Position numbers and translations under genes: made by a program. The notes under the pieces are model-generated. The model was not told the DNA's origin. It searched no databases and was given only the letters and a program-made list of their open reading frames with translations. Of a DNA stretch of 64,000 bases, positions 19,938 to 29,638 are shown piece after piece. This stretch comes from Candidatus Bathyarchaeota archaeon. Its GTDB lineage: Archaea; Thermoproteota; Bathyarchaeia; Bathyarchaeales; Bathyarchaeaceae. Location: assembly GCA_004376295.1 (NCBI GenBank), contig SOJZ01000017.1, positions 14,863-78,862 of the forward strand. The letters run 5' to 3'. How positions within the stretch are numbered: position 1 is the first letter of the stretch; every line of letters starts with the position of its first letter.

Positions 19938-21383
19938 ATGAACGGAAAACTTGTCTTATTTATTCTCATTTCATCTTTACTGGCAATACTACCTGTTTCC
20001 ACTGCTTCTTCTCGATTTATTTTATGTGACGAAAACCTCGACAATTTCAGTGTCGAAGTCGGTAACTCTGCTGCGTACGTCTCTGTGCCATTTCACTATC
20101 AGAGCAACAACTACTACTGTGGTCCAGCAGCTCTCGAAATGGTCTTTGATTACTATGGAGAAGATATCCCTCAGTCAGAAATTGCTGATGTGGCGAGAAC
20201 CTATCCTTACGTAACCTTCAGGGATGAGTTGAGAAGAGCATCTCATTTTAGCGATCTAAGCACATCACTTGGTGATGAAATGCCCGACAATATTACGGGG
20301 TATTCAGCTCGTAAGATTGGATATGCTGCCTTTGAATACTGGGGATTAACTATGGATGATTTGAAGGCTCTGATAAACAAGGGAGAACCCTTAATTGTCT
20401 TAATGTGGTGGACTCCGTCGAAGATTTATGGTCACTATCGAGTCGTAGTAGGATATAACGTGACACATATAATCATGCATGACCCTTGGAACAAGGACCT
20501 TTGGGGAGGAACCTACGGAGGAGCCAACACATCAATGACTTATTCAACGTTTCTGGACCTTTGGGAATACATAGGCAATTGGGGACTTTGGGTACATCCT
20601 TGGGACGTAGAACTACAAATGCCTAGCACAGTAAGTGAGGGAGACGATTTTGAAGTAACAGCAAACATAACATATCCTTGTTCCACAGCATTTGATATAG
20701 CCGACTGTCCAGCCTCTTCTTGCAAGGCAACTATCAAGTTGCAGGAAGGCCTCGAATTAGATCTAGGGGAAACAACTCAGCACTCATTAGGAAATATTAC
20801 GGCTGGGAACTCTGTTCAGACGTCTTGGTTAATCCATTCCTGTGCAACTGGCTTCTATAATATTTCAGTAACCGTTACGGGAATAGTGGAAGGTAGTGTT
20901 GGAGCTCACGGAACGTATCCTTCTTACAGCTATGAGGACAAGATTGGCATGCATGGATGTATGGTTCACTTTTCAGTCCTTGACACTACGCCCCTAACTA
21001 TCTCTATTTTGTCACCTGAGAACGTAACGTATGCCACAACTGACATCCCATTGAATTTCACAGTTGATGAATCAGTTTTATGGATGGCCTACAGCCTCGA
21101 TAACGAGGCGAACGTAACCATTATTGGAAACATGACTCTATCTGGATTGTCTGAGGGGTCGCATGGTCTAGTAATTTATGTCAATGATACAGCTGGAAAC
21201 ATGGGGGCTTCTGAAATGGTTTACTTCAGGATAGAAATCTCACAACCAGAGCCTTTCCCAATGTGGATTGTAGCCGCAATAGTAATAATAACCATATTTG
21301 GAGTACCCCTCCTGATCTATTTCGCAAAGGTCAAGAAAACAAGTGAGAATGTCAATCAGCGATTCCAGAGTTTCCATCACTGA
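19938..21383 (+). CDS. Secreted peptidase C39-like (papain-fold) domain protein with Ig-like repeats and a C-terminal anchor
   Basis: YQSNNYYCGPAALEMVFDYYG (Gln/Cys), GHYRVVVGY (His), MHDPW (Asp). Signal peptide and C-terminal TM helix. Confidence 0.68.
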   Translation: MNGKLVLFILISSLLAILPVSTASSRFILCDENLDNFSVEVGNSAAYVSVPFHYQSNNYYCGPAALEMVFDYYGEDIPQSEIADVARTYPYVTFRDELRRASHFSDLSTSLGDEMPDNITGYSARKIGYAAFEYWGLTMDDLKALINKGEPLIVLMWWTPSKIYGHYRVVVGYNVTHIIMHDPWNKDLWGGTYGGANTSMTYSTFLDLWEYIGNWGLWVHPWDVELQMPSTVSEGDDFEVTANITYPCSTAFDIADCPASSCKATIKLQEGLELDLGETTQHSLGNITAGNSVQTSWLIHSCATGFYNISVTVTGIVEGSVGAHGTYPSYSYEDKIGMHGCMVHFSVLDTTPLTISILSPENVTYATTDIPLNFTVDESVLWMAYSLDNEANVTIIGNMTLSGLSEGSHGLVIYVNDTAGNMGASEMVYFRIEISQPEPFPMWIVAAIVIITIFGVPLLIYFAKVKKTSENVNQRFQSFHH

Positions 21384-21821
21384 TTATTCTACCATTATTC
21401 ATGATACAACACTGCTAGCAGTTATAGTCTACAGAAGAAAACATTCTGTATATGTGAGTTATTCAGAGTTCTGTTGTCTAGATTACTCAGCACATGGGTG
21501 AGTTTCAGATTTCGGATGGCATTCTGCTGTCTGCTCAAGAGAATAGATAGCTAGAGGATTTGGCCAAATTTTCTTTTTCTTTTCCTTGTCTTCCTTTTGG
21601 GTGAATGTAGCATATCCATATTGGTTTTACTCCCGTAAGCCTTTCTTTCTTTTCTGTTAATTATATATGGTTTATGAATTAGGAATAAGCAAAAGAAAGA
21701 GAGATGGACAAAAGAACACGAAAACCAAAAACTAACCTTACACAAAACCTTACATAAAACAACACTAATTTAGAAAACCTTAATTCAAGGCTATATACTG
21801 AAAATAACCAACAAACATTGA

Positions 21822-21899
21822 GGGCCGGTAGTCTAGCACGGTTAGGACATCTGCTTGACGTGCAGAAGGTCGCCGGTTCAAATCCGGCCCGGCCCACCA
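21822..21899 (+). tRNA. tRNA-Val (anticodon GAC); CCA encoded
   Basis: GGGCCGG/CCGGCCC acceptor, D arm GTCT..GGAC, anticodon arm TCTGC-TTGACGT-GCAGA, variable loop AGGTC, T arm GCCGG-TTCAAAT-CCGGC, then ACCA. Confidence 0.92.
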
Positions 21900-22228
21900 C
21901 CTTTTACACACACAATAATTCTCTGGTTCAAATCCCTCCAGATGCACCATTATATATACACACACATCAACGGGCTGAGAGTGAGGGGGCACGCATGCAC
22001 GACGGAAGTATTGAGGAAAAGTCAATACCACAACACCAAATACATAAGGTAAGAAAGAGACTGAAAATGTCTGAATGCATACACGCAAACTCACGCACAC
22101 AAACAAGTTTAAATAGTCAATATGTCAATTGATTGAACACACGAGAATTAGAATTCCATGAGAATGCTGGTTTTTCGTTGACTATTAAATGGAGGTGTAG
22201 TTCGATTGTCGTATAGAGAAAAGCGAGA

Positions 22229-22351
22229 AATGCATAAGGCTGTATGCGCTGATTGTGGCCAAGAATGTGAAGTTCCCTTCAAACCTGACGGAAGCAAACC
22301 AGTCTACTGCCGAGAATGCTATTCCAAACGAAGACCCCCAAGAAGATATTA
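22229..22351 (+). CDS. Small CxxC...CxxC zinc-ribbon protein (40 aa)
   Basis: Own translation: MHKAVCADCGQECEVPFKPDGSKPVYCRECYSKRRPPRRY. Below the track size cutoff. Resembles a widespread small zinc-ribbon family. Confidence 0.5.
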
Positions 22352-22800
22352 AGCTTACTAGCTAAAATCTTCAGTCCGTCTTACACACTTTCTTCCTTTT
22401 TATTAATAGCAATAATAAGCAGAATGTGCACTCTTCCACGAGATCAAAATAATGCCTAGAGGTCCCGTTTGTGGCGCCGTTTTGGACGAGAAGACAGTTA
22501 AGTTCAAGATCACCTACATGGCGAGACCTATCATTCTGCATGCATAGTTTTTCTGCATGCGTGACGCCCGATTTTTGCCTCTTTTTTTGAACGTTTGAAT
22601 GCATGCATGTACAAATCTACAGGACTTTAGAAGTGTGTATGCCTACCACCTTTTGGGTTTAGAATCACCAATTTTGTATGCTTCGAAACCGCATTTTAAT
22701 GTACAACTCCTAAGAGAAGATATCCCACCTTTTTGTGGACGCTGACGTGCATGCATGCATCGCGTTACAAAAATGATTACCTGCGCGCATCTATTTTTCA

Positions 22801-23511
22801 TTAAGAGGAAGCGTGCCACTCGCATTTATGTTCGCAGTAAGGGTCGCCGTGCCCCTTGCATGTCAATCGAGTTATTTTCGCTTTCCCACCCATAGCACTG
22901 GACACTCCTTCATGAAACGCGTTATGGAGGACATCGCACATCATTTCTGGCATTTTGACAGCAAGTTCAAGAAACAGACAGTTGTGTACACGATACACAA
23001 CTAGATTCTTATCAGTCTTCACAATTTCTGGCTCTCCCCCAGCTTCTTCGAGGTATCCTTTGATGAAGAAATCTACAAAGGCTTCAGAAGACCATTCTTT
23101 TACGTCATGTTTAGACTCCATTTCTCTTATTATGCTTTCACCCATGTTTTTTCCAACTCTCCTCAAGAGCTTACTAGCTCTTTTTAATCCAATCAATAAT
23201 CGAAGAGTTTTTATCATAAAATTGGAGAGAGTTAGATAACGACGTTTCGGATAACCCACTATCGTCGGTTCTTTGGCAATCTGATAATAGACCTTTGGCC
23301 TTCCTACAGTTCCTCCCTTTTCTTCATAACCTTCTATGAAACCAGCATCTTCCAACGACTTCAAATGATGTCGTACCGTAATCGATTGCAGATTCACTAA
23401 CTTTGCTATTTCGTTAACGCTCAAAGGCTTTTTGTGCAGTAACTTTAGGATTTCAAGTCTTGACGTACTGGACAGTGCTTCGTAGGCCTTTCTTTCACTC
23501 AAGATATTCAC
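22801..23511 (-). CDS. ArsR-type wHTH regulator fused to a V4R-like sensor domain
   Basis: RLEILKLLHKKPLSVNEIAKLVNLQSITVRHHLKSLEDAGFI (ArsR HTH). C-terminal half ends in CKGHGDPYCEHKC, as in V4R domains. Confidence 0.68.
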   Translation of the reverse strand: MNILSERKAYEALSSTSRLEILKLLHKKPLSVNEIAKLVNLQSITVRHHLKSLEDAGFIEGYEEKGGTVGRPKVYYQIAKEPTIVGYPKRRYLTLSNFMIKTLRLLIGLKRASKLLRRVGKNMGESIIREMESKHDVKEWSSEAFVDFFIKGYLEEAGGEPEIVKTDKNLVVYRVHNCLFLELAVKMPEMMCDVLHNAFHEGVSSAMGGKAKITRLTCKGHGDPYCEHKCEWHASS

Positions 23512-23826
23512 TTCATTGCCCTATGTTGAAGTATTAGATTATTGTAAATCTGGGTTATATTTATTATTCTTATCTAATTTTTGAGCGCCAACATTCTTTT
23601 CGCATTGTCAATGACTATTTCGATCTCAGCGATTTTGCCATTTGAATAAGATAGAACATGCATGCATTCTGACATTTCCCTACGCGGCCTCATTAAGATG
23701 TGGGTCAATTGAAGGTTTCGAGAAGACCAAATGACACATGAGTTGTTTAGAAAGACTGTCTTAACTATCATTTTTATATAAAAAACTTATAATAGAAACA
23801 CGCACCACCACAGGGAAATCAGGTAT

Positions 23827-24930
23827 ATGAATACCTACAACAAACTGACTAAAGTAATCGGAAGAGTGGACTACGATATAGTATCAAAGGAGAAAAGGGA
23901 CAAGCTCGTCGCACAGGCGGAGCAAACTCTAGGCAACATCCGGTACGGCTGGAAGGCGAGCATAGACAATTTTTGCATGCAACTCGAAACAAACTCTCCA
24001 CATCTGTACGAATTCTGGATAGAGAACTGGTTTGCCGAAAAACGAGACGCAAGATCTCACGGTCGAATCTACGCGGTCCTAGACCCAAAATTCGCCAGAG
24101 GTAGACCTCACGCGTACTACAATCCTGACACTAAGACAGCCGTCATATATAACACGGAGTATTATGGTCAGTGCAAAAGCTGGGCGCTTGGAATCGTCTC
24201 CGACATCGCCGAAGACCAACATGACATCCACAGCATTCACGGAAGTTGCGTGGAGATACACGGACAGGGAATCGTCTTGATAGCCCCAACAGGAACAGGC
24301 AAATCCACCCACAGCTATGCTCTGCTTAAGATGAAGGGTGCTAGAATACACAGCGACGACTGGCTCTACGTGAGATTCATCGGAAGGGCCAGCGCGGAGA
24401 TCAGTGAGAGAAAGTTCTACCTTAGAACAAACATAGTCCGAGTCTTCCCTGAGATAAGGCCACTCCTTGACAAGTGCAAGCTCGAAAACGTCAAAGAACT
24501 CAGCCGAAAAGAGATAGACCATTTGAGAAAAGCTGGGATCGACGAGAACCAACTACAAAAAATGATTGATTATCTCTATATTGCCCACGAATATAGCCGC
24601 GCTATGCTAGACCCACGCTGGATTGCAGGCCCGTACAAGTTCGTTGACACAACACGTGTGAAGAAAGTGATGCTGCTGGAAAGGGATAGAAACAATCCGG
24701 AAATTGTGAGGAAAATGAAGGTAGAGGAAGCTGTGGAATACTTGGAAAAACATCCAAAAGAACAGTACCTCAACCCATACCTAATTGTCAGAACCCCAGA
24801 GAAGATTGAGGTGAGGAGCAACTTTTTCAGAAGACTATTCCAATTCGCGCCTCCCTACCTAGTCAACACGTACGAACCAGTGGATAAAGTGCAAAAGGCC
24901 ATCAGAAATGTAATAAAGAAAAAGGATTGA
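23827..24930 (+). CDS. HPr-kinase/PEPCK-like P-loop protein
   Basis: HGSCVEIHGQGIVLIAPTGTGKSTHSYALL...HSDDW resembles the HprK C-terminal kinase core. Confidence 0.55.
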   Translation: MNTYNKLTKVIGRVDYDIVSKEKRDKLVAQAEQTLGNIRYGWKASIDNFCMQLETNSPHLYEFWIENWFAEKRDARSHGRIYAVLDPKFARGRPHAYYNPDTKTAVIYNTEYYGQCKSWALGIVSDIAEDQHDIHSIHGSCVEIHGQGIVLIAPTGTGKSTHSYALLKMKGARIHSDDWLYVRFIGRASAEISERKFYLRTNIVRVFPEIRPLLDKCKLENVKELSRKEIDHLRKAGIDENQLQKMIDYLYIAHEYSRAMLDPRWIAGPYKFVDTTRVKKVMLLERDRNNPEIVRKMKVEEAVEYLEKHPKEQYLNPYLIVRTPEKIEVRSNFFRRLFQFAPPYLVNTYEPVDKVQKAIRNVIKKKD

Positions 24931-24969
24931 CACGTGTGCGTAGAGGACCTGAACCCTTTTGGGTATTAG

Positions 24970-24986
24970 TCCGGCCCGGCCCACCA
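24970..24986 (+). repeat. 17-nt exact copy of the 3' end of tRNA-Val (TCCGGCCCGGCCCACCA)
   Basis: Identical to 21883-21899, including the discriminator base and CCA. Confidence 0.6.
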
Positions 24987-25099
24987 AAATCCACAATTAT
25001 TTGCTGCATTGACGTCTTGAATTTGCTTACTAGTTGTTTTAAGTGGTTTTCGAATGTTTTAGAAAGGCTGAAGCATAATTCTTTCGTTTTCTTGACCAA
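24987..25099 (-). pseudogene. Truncated copy of the RHH-like gene found at 43784-44050
   Basis: KELCFSLSKTFENHLKQLV versus KELGFNLSKTFENHLKRLV. The N-terminal beta-strand region is missing. Same position and orientation relative to a tRNA-Val 3' fragment. Confidence 0.35.
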
Positions 25100-25117
25100 G
25101 CATGCATGTGCATGAGA

Positions 25118-25309
25118 TTATTTAAGCGTCCACTTTATCCACATGGCAGCGATTATGCCACACACAATGGATCCCGATGCAACAAATATCGCTAGTCTTT
25201 GCCAAAAGTCAAAATCGCCAGCGAAGAAAGCTAAGTAAAGTACGATGAAGGCTAGCCAAAAGGCACCTATAATGACTGTTCCTGCAACTCTTGAACCAAG
25301 TGAGTTCAT
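25118..25309 (-). CDS. Small two-helix membrane protein (63 aa)
   Basis: Two clear hydrophobic helices. Preceded by the R-element leader. Confidence 0.45.
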   Translation of the reverse strand: MNSLGSRVAGTVIIGAFWLAFIVLYLAFFAGDFDFWQRLAIFVASGSIVCGIIAAMWIKWTLK

Positions 25310-25380
25310 GGCAATTATTCTACTGGAAGAGTTTATAGCATTTTTGCACTGAGCATGACGTTAAACAACTCTATTGTGTG

Positions 25381-25480
25381 CTTCGCGTTTAGTCAACCTC
25401 TTTCTAACCTCCTGATTCTCTTCAGCCTCTCCATTTAAGGAACTACTTCTCAACATTACTAGAGTTTGTGTTATTATATT
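25381..25480 (+). repeat. R-element copy 1 (~100-bp conserved intergenic element)
   Basis: Invariant blocks AGTCAACCTCT (25391-25401) and TCTTCAGCCTCTC (25419-25431) are 17 nt apart. Shared with 45341-45440 and 62565-62650. Confidence 0.7.
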
Positions 25481-25530
25481 CAGTTTCAACATTGTCGTCT
25501 ACTGAATTTCATCTATCAAATGTCAGGCGA

Positions 25531-25617
25531 TTTTCTAAATTTCTAATTTCTAATCGCAGAGAAAAAAAGGGAATTTCTAAAAATCTTGACCAGTTTAGAA
25601 ATTATGAATTAGAAAAC
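25531..25617 (+). repeat. TTTCTAA/TTAGAAA hairpin element, copy A
   Basis: Three tandem TTTCTAA, then AGAGAAAAAAAGGGAATTTCTAA-N13-TTAGAAATTATGAATTAGAAAA. Perfect 9-bp inverted repeat AATTTCTAA/TTAGAAATT. Confidence 0.7.
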
Positions 25618-25647
25618 TCCATGCTTGTCCGCGCATTTGTTGTTCCT

Positions 25648-26130
25648 CTATTTTTCACTCTTTGTCATGACTTCGATGTAAGAGAAACCTTCTTTGACTT
25701 TCCTTTCCATCTCCTCAGTCCACTTTTTTGTTCCTATTTCTCTGATTCTGCGAAGCATAGCTAAATGTCCGCGGTAACCTTGAATCTGCGGTTCAAGTTT
25801 GTCACAAGGCATCTTGTCACACTCTGCACATGTGGAAAATCCACTTTCCTTACAACAATCTCTAATCACGCAAACTGGTGGTCCACCTCCTGCTAGGCAG
25901 CCAGGGCATTCTCCAAACGTTTTCATCAGAGATTGCAGAACTCCTTCGAACTGTGGGTAGTACTCAAGATTTGGGTCCCATTCTTTGGCTTCCTTCGCTA
26001 TTTCCCGAAATTGATAGGCATTTAATACTTCGAGTAGTTGTAGGGCTCTGTTCTTGATCATGCGCTGATAAATCGCACATGCACCACAATAAAGACCGCA
26101 ATATCCAACTAAAGATGGCTTATCACTCAT
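25648..26130 (-). CDS. DUF3795-like Cys-rich protein
   Basis: Start moved to the ATG at 26130 (MSDKPSLVGYCGLYCGACAIYQ). Further CPGC and C..C..C clusters. Paralogous to 62142-62489 and 63303-63746. Confidence 0.62.
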   Translation of the reverse strand: MSDKPSLVGYCGLYCGACAIYQRMIKNRALQLLEVLNAYQFREIAKEAKEWDPNLEYYPQFEGVLQSLMKTFGECPGCLAGGGPPVCVIRDCCKESGFSTCAECDKMPCDKLEPQIQGYRGHLAMLRRIREIGTKKWTEEMERKVKEGFSYIEVMTKSEK

Positions 26131-26453
26131 GGGTGGCACCGTCTCAAATGGAAAATTAGATGGTTGATGCTTCAAATAGGTTTTTCTCTTTTTCAAAGAG
26201 CAAACGAGCATACACTTTTGCAGGGTGGTAATCGATACGCCGCAGTCGATTTTGAATAACTGTACCCAGAGGTAATTGTTGTTTTCGTGTGTTACCTGCA
26301 TGCATGGTGCATATTCTTAGGTTTGCTTTTTCATATGTTCTTCTTAGTCTTTCCAACGCATGCATGCGCGCACCATTTTAACATTTAAGGTTTGTGCCAC
26401 TCAGGCTCGATCAAATCTGAAATATGTATACTAGAAAACAGAAACTTTGAACG

Positions 26454-27161
26454 CTACCAGATTTCAGGAAATAGTCTATATCTGACCCGTTTAGCGTATT
26501 CTGAGTATCCATCTAATTTTTTATGAAGTGTTCTGTCTTCCAACGAAGTGCGGATCATCATCAAAAGCGAATAAATTCCTGAAGGAATCAACGTGAAAAC
26601 AGACCCCATTATTAGAGGAATCGATAAAACAAACAGAATTCCTGCCAGATAGCCGGGATGTCTCACTCTCTTATAGGGTCCACTTGTTATCACCTTATGG
26701 TCTCTGTCTTTTTGAATTCGAACTGTTGGTTCAAAATGCGGGTTCACTACCATAGCCCAATTGAGAAGAATAGTTGAAACAATGAACAACACAAAACCCA
26801 CTGCTACAAACGGAACATCGAGGCCTGGCGATTGAAACCTACCTATATCCCATCCAGCTACTGCAGGCACAGCAATCAGAACCATGAGATTGCTCACTCG
26901 CATCAATATCTCGTCCCATAATTTTGAACCTTCTCTTTTTCTCTTAAGCCTTTGAACAAGAAGTTCTGGGTTAAGTTTGTACTGAACTACTGTGCTTGCA
27001 GAACAGTAGACAAAGGAGGCACCAAAGAATATCCACGGTCGAGGCCCGTCAACATGACCAGCAGAAATGAAGAAGATCGTCATTTGAATAACAAGCATTA
27101 CATAGGCTAGCAAAAGCTGCTTGATTCCAGCTACTCTGAACTCTTTATTTCTTCTTGGCAT
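26454..27161 (-). CDS. Isoprenylcysteine carboxyl methyltransferase (ICMT)/phospholipid methyltransferase family membrane protein
   Basis: VITSGPYKRVRHPGYLAGILF motif and about 5 TM helices. Confidence 0.75.
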   Translation of the reverse strand: MPRRNKEFRVAGIKQLLLAYVMLVIQMTIFFISAGHVDGPRPWIFFGASFVYCSASTVVQYKLNPELLVQRLKRKREGSKLWDEILMRVSNLMVLIAVPAVAGWDIGRFQSPGLDVPFVAVGFVLFIVSTILLNWAMVVNPHFEPTVRIQKDRDHKVITSGPYKRVRHPGYLAGILFVLSIPLIMGSVFTLIPSGIYSLLMMIRTSLEDRTLHKKLDGYSEYAKRVRYRLFPEIW

Positions 27162-27297
27162 TAGTCCGAGTGTATTTTGGCCTAGACTTAAGTTTTTTTA
27201 GACTTGAGAAGTCATACATAGCCATTCTCGATAATCTCTCCAAGATTTGATGAGAAACAAGTGAATAATTACACTGTGTCTGCATGTATGAGAGAAC

Positions 27298-29118
27298 TCA
27301 TTTTAGTTTTCGATTAAAGAAATCCAGAATCACCTTGAACGAACGAGTTCTCATAGACATGTCAGTGTAGGCACCATGTCCTTCTTCGCCGAATTCTACG
27401 TATTCAAAGTCTTCTCCCTCTTTTTTGCCTAGTTCAATTAGTTTGTCCCTAAATTGTCGGCTTTCTTCTACTGGGCAACGTGGATCATGAACACCATGCA
27501 CCATGAGCAGTGGACATTGAACATTTTCTGCAAAATTAAGAGCACTTCTGTCTTCCCATAATTCAGAATTTTTTTCTGGATCTCCCATGTTCATTCTAAG
27601 AAAATACTTGAAATGAGGCTTTGATCGTTTATACATCGTTTTTAGATGCGAGATTCCTATCCATGCGCATGCTGCGTTCCATAGTTCAGGTTTTTTCGTT
27701 ACTTGAAGAAAAGTCATGTATCCTCCATAGCTTCCGCCAAAAACGCCTATTTTGTTTTTATCTATGTAGGGGAGGGTCTTCAGATAGTTTGCTCCAGCAG
27801 CAACATCTTCTAGGTCTCCGCCACCCCAGTCCATGAGATTCATATCTTCGAATTCTTTACCGTAGCCGATACTTCCTCGGATATTAGGAAGTAATAGTAT
27901 GTACCCTTCGTTCGCCAGAATCTGCCCAAACATATTAAAATTGCGGAAATACTGCGATGATGGACCTCCATGCACCATAACTAAGGCGGGAAATTTTTCT
28001 CCTGTAACGATTTCTTTTGGCTTATACAAGACTGCTGCTATTTCTAGTCCGTCAAAAGACTTGTATTTAATATATTCGTCTTTAACGAAGAAGCTTGGAT
28101 CGATTTTTCCATATTGTGGTTCAATTAAGGTTTCGATTTTCTTTTTTTCGAAATTGTAAGCAACAAGAGAACTTGGGCTTGTCGGAGTATTCAACGTTAC
28201 AATTAGACATTTATCATTCAGCGCCAGTTTAGCTCCTTCGGCTACTCCAACAGGGAAGTCTAGAACATCACAATTTCCAGTTTTCAGATTATAGACTACC
28301 GGAGAAATCACTGCCTCATGATTTCTAAGACACACTAATCTCTCACCGTCTTTCGTAAATGATCTTGCATATTCATCGTATTTTGCTTCACCTAAAAGTT
28401 GAATATCCTCTGTATGAAAATTATATACTCCCGGTTGATAAACAACATTCGCGTTTGTTATGAAAGCCAATGATTTTCCATCTTTACTCCATTCGACAAC
28501 ATAATCAAGTGAACCTACTTTGATAGATATTATTTTCTTTCTCTCACTTCCGTCTGACTTAACAATCCAGACATCATTATTTTGTAGATTCTTTGTCTCA
28601 TTAACCGAATACGCAATCCAATCGTTTTTTGGATTCCATACACATCCACCCCATGCAGGATTCTTATGATTAGTCAATTGAATGACTTCCTTCGTTTTTA
28701 TGTTCAGCCGGAATATGTTAAGTTGGCCTTTTCTTGTTGAAGGCATCGCTATATATTTACCGTCAGGACTTGTGTCTGCAGGATAATCTTGATGTTCAGG
28801 AGTGTTGGTGAGTTGCTTAATACCTCTAGATTCAATGTTAATTTTGATTAAATTATGGTTTTCATCACCAGCTTTGTCTTTGGCGAAGACTAAATTTTCA
28901 TCATCCCTTGTCCAAACGAATCCAGCACGTATGGCCCGGGGACATTCTCCATGACTAACCTGCTTCAGTTCTTTAGTTTCAAGATCCAACACGTAAAGTT
29001 CTAGAATACCAGTTTTATCCCAATAGAACGCCACTTTGTCTTTTGAGTGACTTATAGTGGGTAGATAAATCTGCGGAATTTTCGACAAATCTTCAAGGGT
29101 ATACTTCTTTTTCCCCAT
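27298..29118 (-). CDS. S9 family serine peptidase (beta-propeller + alpha/beta hydrolase)
   Basis: TolB/WD40-like repeats in the N-terminal two thirds. GGSYGGYM nucleophile elbow. HGVHDPRCP and EGHG near the C-terminus. Confidence 0.85.
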   Translation of the reverse strand: MGKKKYTLEDLSKIPQIYLPTISHSKDKVAFYWDKTGILELYVLDLETKELKQVSHGECPRAIRAGFVWTRDDENLVFAKDKAGDENHNLIKINIESRGIKQLTNTPEHQDYPADTSPDGKYIAMPSTRKGQLNIFRLNIKTKEVIQLTNHKNPAWGGCVWNPKNDWIAYSVNETKNLQNNDVWIVKSDGSERKKIISIKVGSLDYVVEWSKDGKSLAFITNANVVYQPGVYNFHTEDIQLLGEAKYDEYARSFTKDGERLVCLRNHEAVISPVVYNLKTGNCDVLDFPVGVAEGAKLALNDKCLIVTLNTPTSPSSLVAYNFEKKKIETLIEPQYGKIDPSFFVKDEYIKYKSFDGLEIAAVLYKPKEIVTGEKFPALVMVHGGPSSQYFRNFNMFGQILANEGYILLLPNIRGSIGYGKEFEDMNLMDWGGGDLEDVAAGANYLKTLPYIDKNKIGVFGGSYGGYMTFLQVTKKPELWNAACAWIGISHLKTMYKRSKPHFKYFLRMNMGDPEKNSELWEDRSALNFAENVQCPLLMVHGVHDPRCPVEESRQFRDKLIELGKKEGEDFEYVEFGEEGHGAYTDMSMRTRSFKVILDFFNRKLK

Positions 29119-29178
29119 TTTTAAACCCCGTTTATTAGCTGATAGCTAGCTCACTTACATTGTTTAAACATTTTGCTA

Positions 29179-29586
29179 TTATTTCATCCTTCGGATAACT
29201 TGACCAATCCCAGGTTTTGTGACAATTTCGCCCTCGTCCATGACTAACTGCCCATTTACAAATGTTTTTATCGGCTTACCCTTGGCTTTCCATCAGTCAA
29301 ACGGGGAATACTTAGCTTTTGAAAGAAATCTATACGAGTCGATCTTATGCTTTCGATGGATATCCACCACCACAAAATCAGCTAAATATTCCTCATCTAA
29401 ACTCCCTCTATCCTTCAGGTTAAATATCTCCGCTGGCATTTCTGAAGTCATTCTCACCAGATCAGACAGTGCTAATCTTCCTTCATTTACTTGTGTGGAC
29501 AGCAACGGAAGCATTGCCTCAAGTCCAGGTATGCCCGGTTTTACATCCCAGATGCATGTATGCTTTGGTTGCCAGTGATGGTGAGT
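29179..29586 (-). pseudogene. Remnant of a dihydroorotase/cyclic amidohydrolase gene (C-terminal ~135 codons, in-frame TGA)
   Basis: HHHWQPKHTCIWDVKPGIPGLEAMLPLL...SKAKYSPFD-TGA-WKAKGKPIKTFVNGQLVMDEGEI. The N-terminal two thirds, including the metal-binding His/Asp region, are absent. TGA at 29293-29295. Confidence 0.6.
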
Positions 29587-29638
29587 TCATTGGCAACTAT
29601 TGTTGATTGTCTAAAGAGAGAAGGATGGAACGTGGTCG

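Noticed and set aside
21923-21949. CTCTGGTTCAAATCCCTCCAGATGCACCA just downstream of tRNA-Val looks like another tRNA 3' end (T-loop-like GGTTCAAATCC plus CACCA).
   Set aside because: The flanking bases do not form a 5-bp T stem (TCTGG versus CCCTC) and no acceptor partner lies upstream. At best it is a very degenerate remnant, so it is not reported as a feature.
21551-22132. ORFs overlapping tRNA-Val on both strands (21679-21900, 21780-22106, 21818-22132, 21855-22052).
   Set aside because: They are translations of the tRNA and of its AT-/CA-rich flanks (for example AGPDLNRRPS is the antisense T arm). There is no independent coding evidence.
29293-29295. The in-frame TGA in the dihydroorotase-like frame might be selenocysteine or programmed recoding.
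   Set aside because: The gene lacks its entire N-terminal catalytic two thirds, the codon replaces a conserved Gly rather than a Cys, and no SECIS-like context was evident. Pseudogene is the simpler reading.
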